DNA of 27,050 bases from Paramecium tetraurelia (lineage: Eukaryota), in the NCBI GenBank assembly GCA_000165425.1, contig CT868049.1:186001-213050 (forward strand), given 5' to 3'. A model generated the notes under the pieces. It was not told where the DNA came from. It did not search any database and saw nothing but the letters and a program-made list of their open reading frames with translations. The position numbers and the translations under genes were made by a program. Position 1 is the stretch's first letter, and every line of letters begins with the position of its first letter. Positions 24,109 to 27,050 of the stretch are shown here, piece after piece.

Positions 24109-25156
24109 AAATAATTAAATTGATTTAACCCCTTTTTGCTCCTTAGTTTTGATAATTAACTATTGAAAGATCTGTTACTTATTTAAAATTATAATCTATT
24201 ATGAAAATCAACATTCTAACTATTAAATTAAATATATTTTTGCTATTCTTATAATTAGTATGTTATTTGGTTGACTGTTTTAGGATAATGAAGAAGTTAT
24301 GTTTTAAGACCCGAATTATTTAAGGACAACCCCAACCCTTCCTCTTTACCTAGTGTTTTAGTTAGTTTAATGATACAAATATTTACCCCAGCCCTAAACT
24401 TTTATGTCTACCCACACCCAGAAGCAGACCATATATGTGGACAGTATATCCCAGCTTACTGTCTTCAAATCTGATATTGTTTTTGTATCATTTATGGAAG
24501 GTGTTTAATCTGATATTTATGTGTCCTCACCTCCTTAGATTTTGTTATTTTATTCTATTTTTGTTATTCATAATTAGGAATAATTCCTAATATGCTTTTT
24601 GTAAGATTATTAAGATCTGAAAAGTCCTTTATTACAACTATTACAGTTATATTATTCCTCATAAACTCATCATTGAGATCAAATCTATCAGTAGGATATA
24701 AACATCCTATGAGTGATTTTCTTGCATTCATTTACTTATTCCAAAGTTACAGACTTTTTCATTTAGAAGCAATTAATTTTGTTTTCTTTTAGTAATGAAA
24801 ACACTATTCATGTTCAGAATTAATGATTCATTGTTTTTATATCCCAAAAATGTGAAATTTTTTACATTTTAGCATCAAATCTGTTTTGTGTATTTAAATA
24901 TATAATAATTCAGTAAAATGTGAAGGAAATTAAAATTGATTAAAGGTTAAATTTATTAGAATAAAACTATATTAATATTGATTCATTTCATTAAATCTGC
25001 AAAACGTAGAGATATTTTGACAGAGAAGGAATGAACTAATAAGAATGATGAGTGATGAAAGGTAAATTTCATCATTAGATTGTTGATTCATTTTTAGATT
25101 CTAATTAAAACGTATAACAAATTCATTTATTTTTGTTTTCAATAATTCTAAATATG

Positions 25157-27017
25157 TCAATCTTATTCTCCCTTTTCATTGTAGTCCAACAACCAGATTT
25201 CTAACCAAAAATATATTCAGCTTTATGTATGACTTAGAAATCCCTAATGAAATATAATCTTTTAAGAAAATACCGTGAAAAGTATTCATTCACCTCGACC
25301 CATTTTCCCAATTTTAATCCATCATCATCATACTATCCTTCACCACTAATTCATTTTATTATCAGAATCAATTTATTACACTATTTCAAAACTGTCGTAA
25401 CAGGAATATCTAAACATAGTTTACCATTGTCCACACTTTTTATTATTTTGATATGTTCCTTTAAAAACCTCTTGACTTTTACTAAATTTATAATTTAATA
25501 AATTAATACTCATCAAATTTATCCCATAACTCAATCCAATTTTTATATTTCTATCCTTACAGGTCAAAAAACCCTTCACCACTGAATTATTTAACATTTA
25601 AAATTTACATATAAGTAAAGCCTCTGTCATCATCAAGCCTATACATAAAATCCAATCTATCAATTTTTATTCCATGTTTATATTATCCTTCGTATCTAAC
25701 TTGACAATTACTAAGGTAAAATGAAAATTACTTACTAATTATTACTCTCACTTAATTCAACCCATTTTCCATTCTTAAAACCTTATTCGTCAAATTAACC
25801 TGAACAACTTTTATAGTATTGACAGATTACATCTTTTCTAAATTGCTCTCCCTATTATATCTGTAGGTAGTTTCCCATATACCATACTTATTCCCATTGG
25901 TATAATCTCCAAGATAGAAGATTTGAATGTAACTACTATTATATGATTTATGCTACTAATTAAAATTATCACTTAATTCTATCCATTTTCTAGTTTTTAA
26001 ACCATTTACATCATACACTCTGCCTCCTCTAATAGATCAGTTGTATTATATATATAAACGTAAATATGTTCTCTTCCATAAAATCCCATAACCCTTATTT
26101 TTTACCATTTTAATATTCACCAACAAATGTTACTTAGGCCTCACTAATATTATAAATGACTAAATACATAGAATATCCTGAACTTAAATCAATCCATTTA
26201 CCATTTTTTTAACCCTAGTTATTAAAATATCCACCACCACTAAGACTGATATATACTTAATTTACATTTATTAATTATCAAATATGATTTTCCATTTTCC
26301 AACTTTTGTACCATTAGCATATTCACCTTAGTAAGTTACTTAACTGTCCCTAAATTTATTAAAATATATAAAGACATTATTACTTGCAGAAATTATCACT
26401 CACATCTGTCCATAGACCATGTTTAGACCCTTATTCATCATAAAATCCTCCACCTCTAAAATATTTTTATTGATACATATCCTTTTCATTGTAGATATAC
26501 CTCCAAGTTCCTCTTCTTTAATCATTTATATACTCTCCTATTTGATAAATTTAGACATTTCTAATCATAAGATAATTATTTGATTACTTTGAATAATAAT
26601 CACTAATTTCTTTCCACTAACCAATTTTGTTTCCCTGCTGAGAGTAATATCCACCAACATCAGCCATCAATTGCCATCCCAATTAGCAAACCACCTTCCA
26701 ACTTTCTTTTAATTCTCCCCATATTCACCAACCCAAATTAAATATTTGATTTAATCTAAATTTGTCAATCTATATGGCCTGATAGATACATCCTTGATGG
26801 AATCACTAACATTATAATATTTTTACATTCTTATGATTTCTCCATCTACTATATAAAAGATTCTGTGATTCATTGTAAATTTGATTGAAAGCTAAATAAT
26901 TCTTGTAAAAGGGTATTAAAAACAATTGTAATAAAATTAGTGGCAATCTTATGGAATTCCTTGAGAAAACATCAGATCTAAATTTGAATCATCAGCAAAA
27001 TTATTCAAAAAATTCAT
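25157..27017 (-). pseudogene. MORN-like (GxY/F..G.K.G.W) repeat protein of an expanded Paramecium family, frameshifted
   Basis: ATG 27017, N-terminal LTNLDQIKYLIWVGEYG...KVGRWFANWDG, then repeats such as VGGYYSQQGNKIGQWKE, GGGFYDEQGSKHGLWTD, GEYQNGKKQGLWDF and GEGQYDDDGLKLGKWVE, separated by short introns. A 1-nt deletion near 26670 gives an immediate TGA. The last repeat ends at a TGA at 25157. Confidence 0.72.
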
Positions 27018-27050
27018 TTACTAATAATATAATTGAAATAGGGTTTTCTT

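Noticed and set aside
24250..24800. Minus-strand coding-like segment next to the telomeric tract, considered as a transposase remnant
   Set aside because: Interrupted by TGA and I could not identify a DDE/DDD or other catalytic motif. It needs a code-6 tBLASTx search.
1..27050. CRISPR arrays, tRNA/rRNA genes, retained IESs, prokaryotic systems
   Set aside because: No repeat-spacer array or structured RNA signature seen. All interruptions in intact genes are explained by GT..AG introns.

Overview
AT-rich ciliate macronuclear-type DNA, most likely Paramecium. Genes read through only with genetic code 6 (TAA/TAG=Gln, TGA=stop), introns are mostly 22-29 nt GT..AG, and there are mixed C4A2/C3A3 telomere-like repeats. 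The supplied standard-code ORF track therefore fragments or misframes almost every gene. Left to right: 5' part of an anoctamin-like gene (-), a decayed EAG/CNG-type K+ channel pseudogene (+), and a very compact block of cGMP-dependent kinase (+), SNIP1/Pml1-like FHA protein (-), cyclic-nucleotide phosphodiesterase (+) and a hypothetical protein (+). Then a KH/RRM RNA-binding gene with a decayed upstream extension (+), a 1.33-kb near-perfect inverted duplication carrying two head-to-head ADP/ATP carrier genes (left copy frameshifted), a dual-specificity phosphatase (-), a gap, a FAM13-like gene (+) and a Cys-rich gene fragment (-). A second gap is followed by internal telomere-like repeats and a frameshifted MORN-like repeat gene (-). 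I cannot support a wholly novel system. The best leads are the ADP/ATP carrier inverted duplication, the internal telomere tract, and the cyclic-nucleotide gene neighbourhood with an atypical PDE pocket. All family calls come from manual translation and motif recognition, not database searches.
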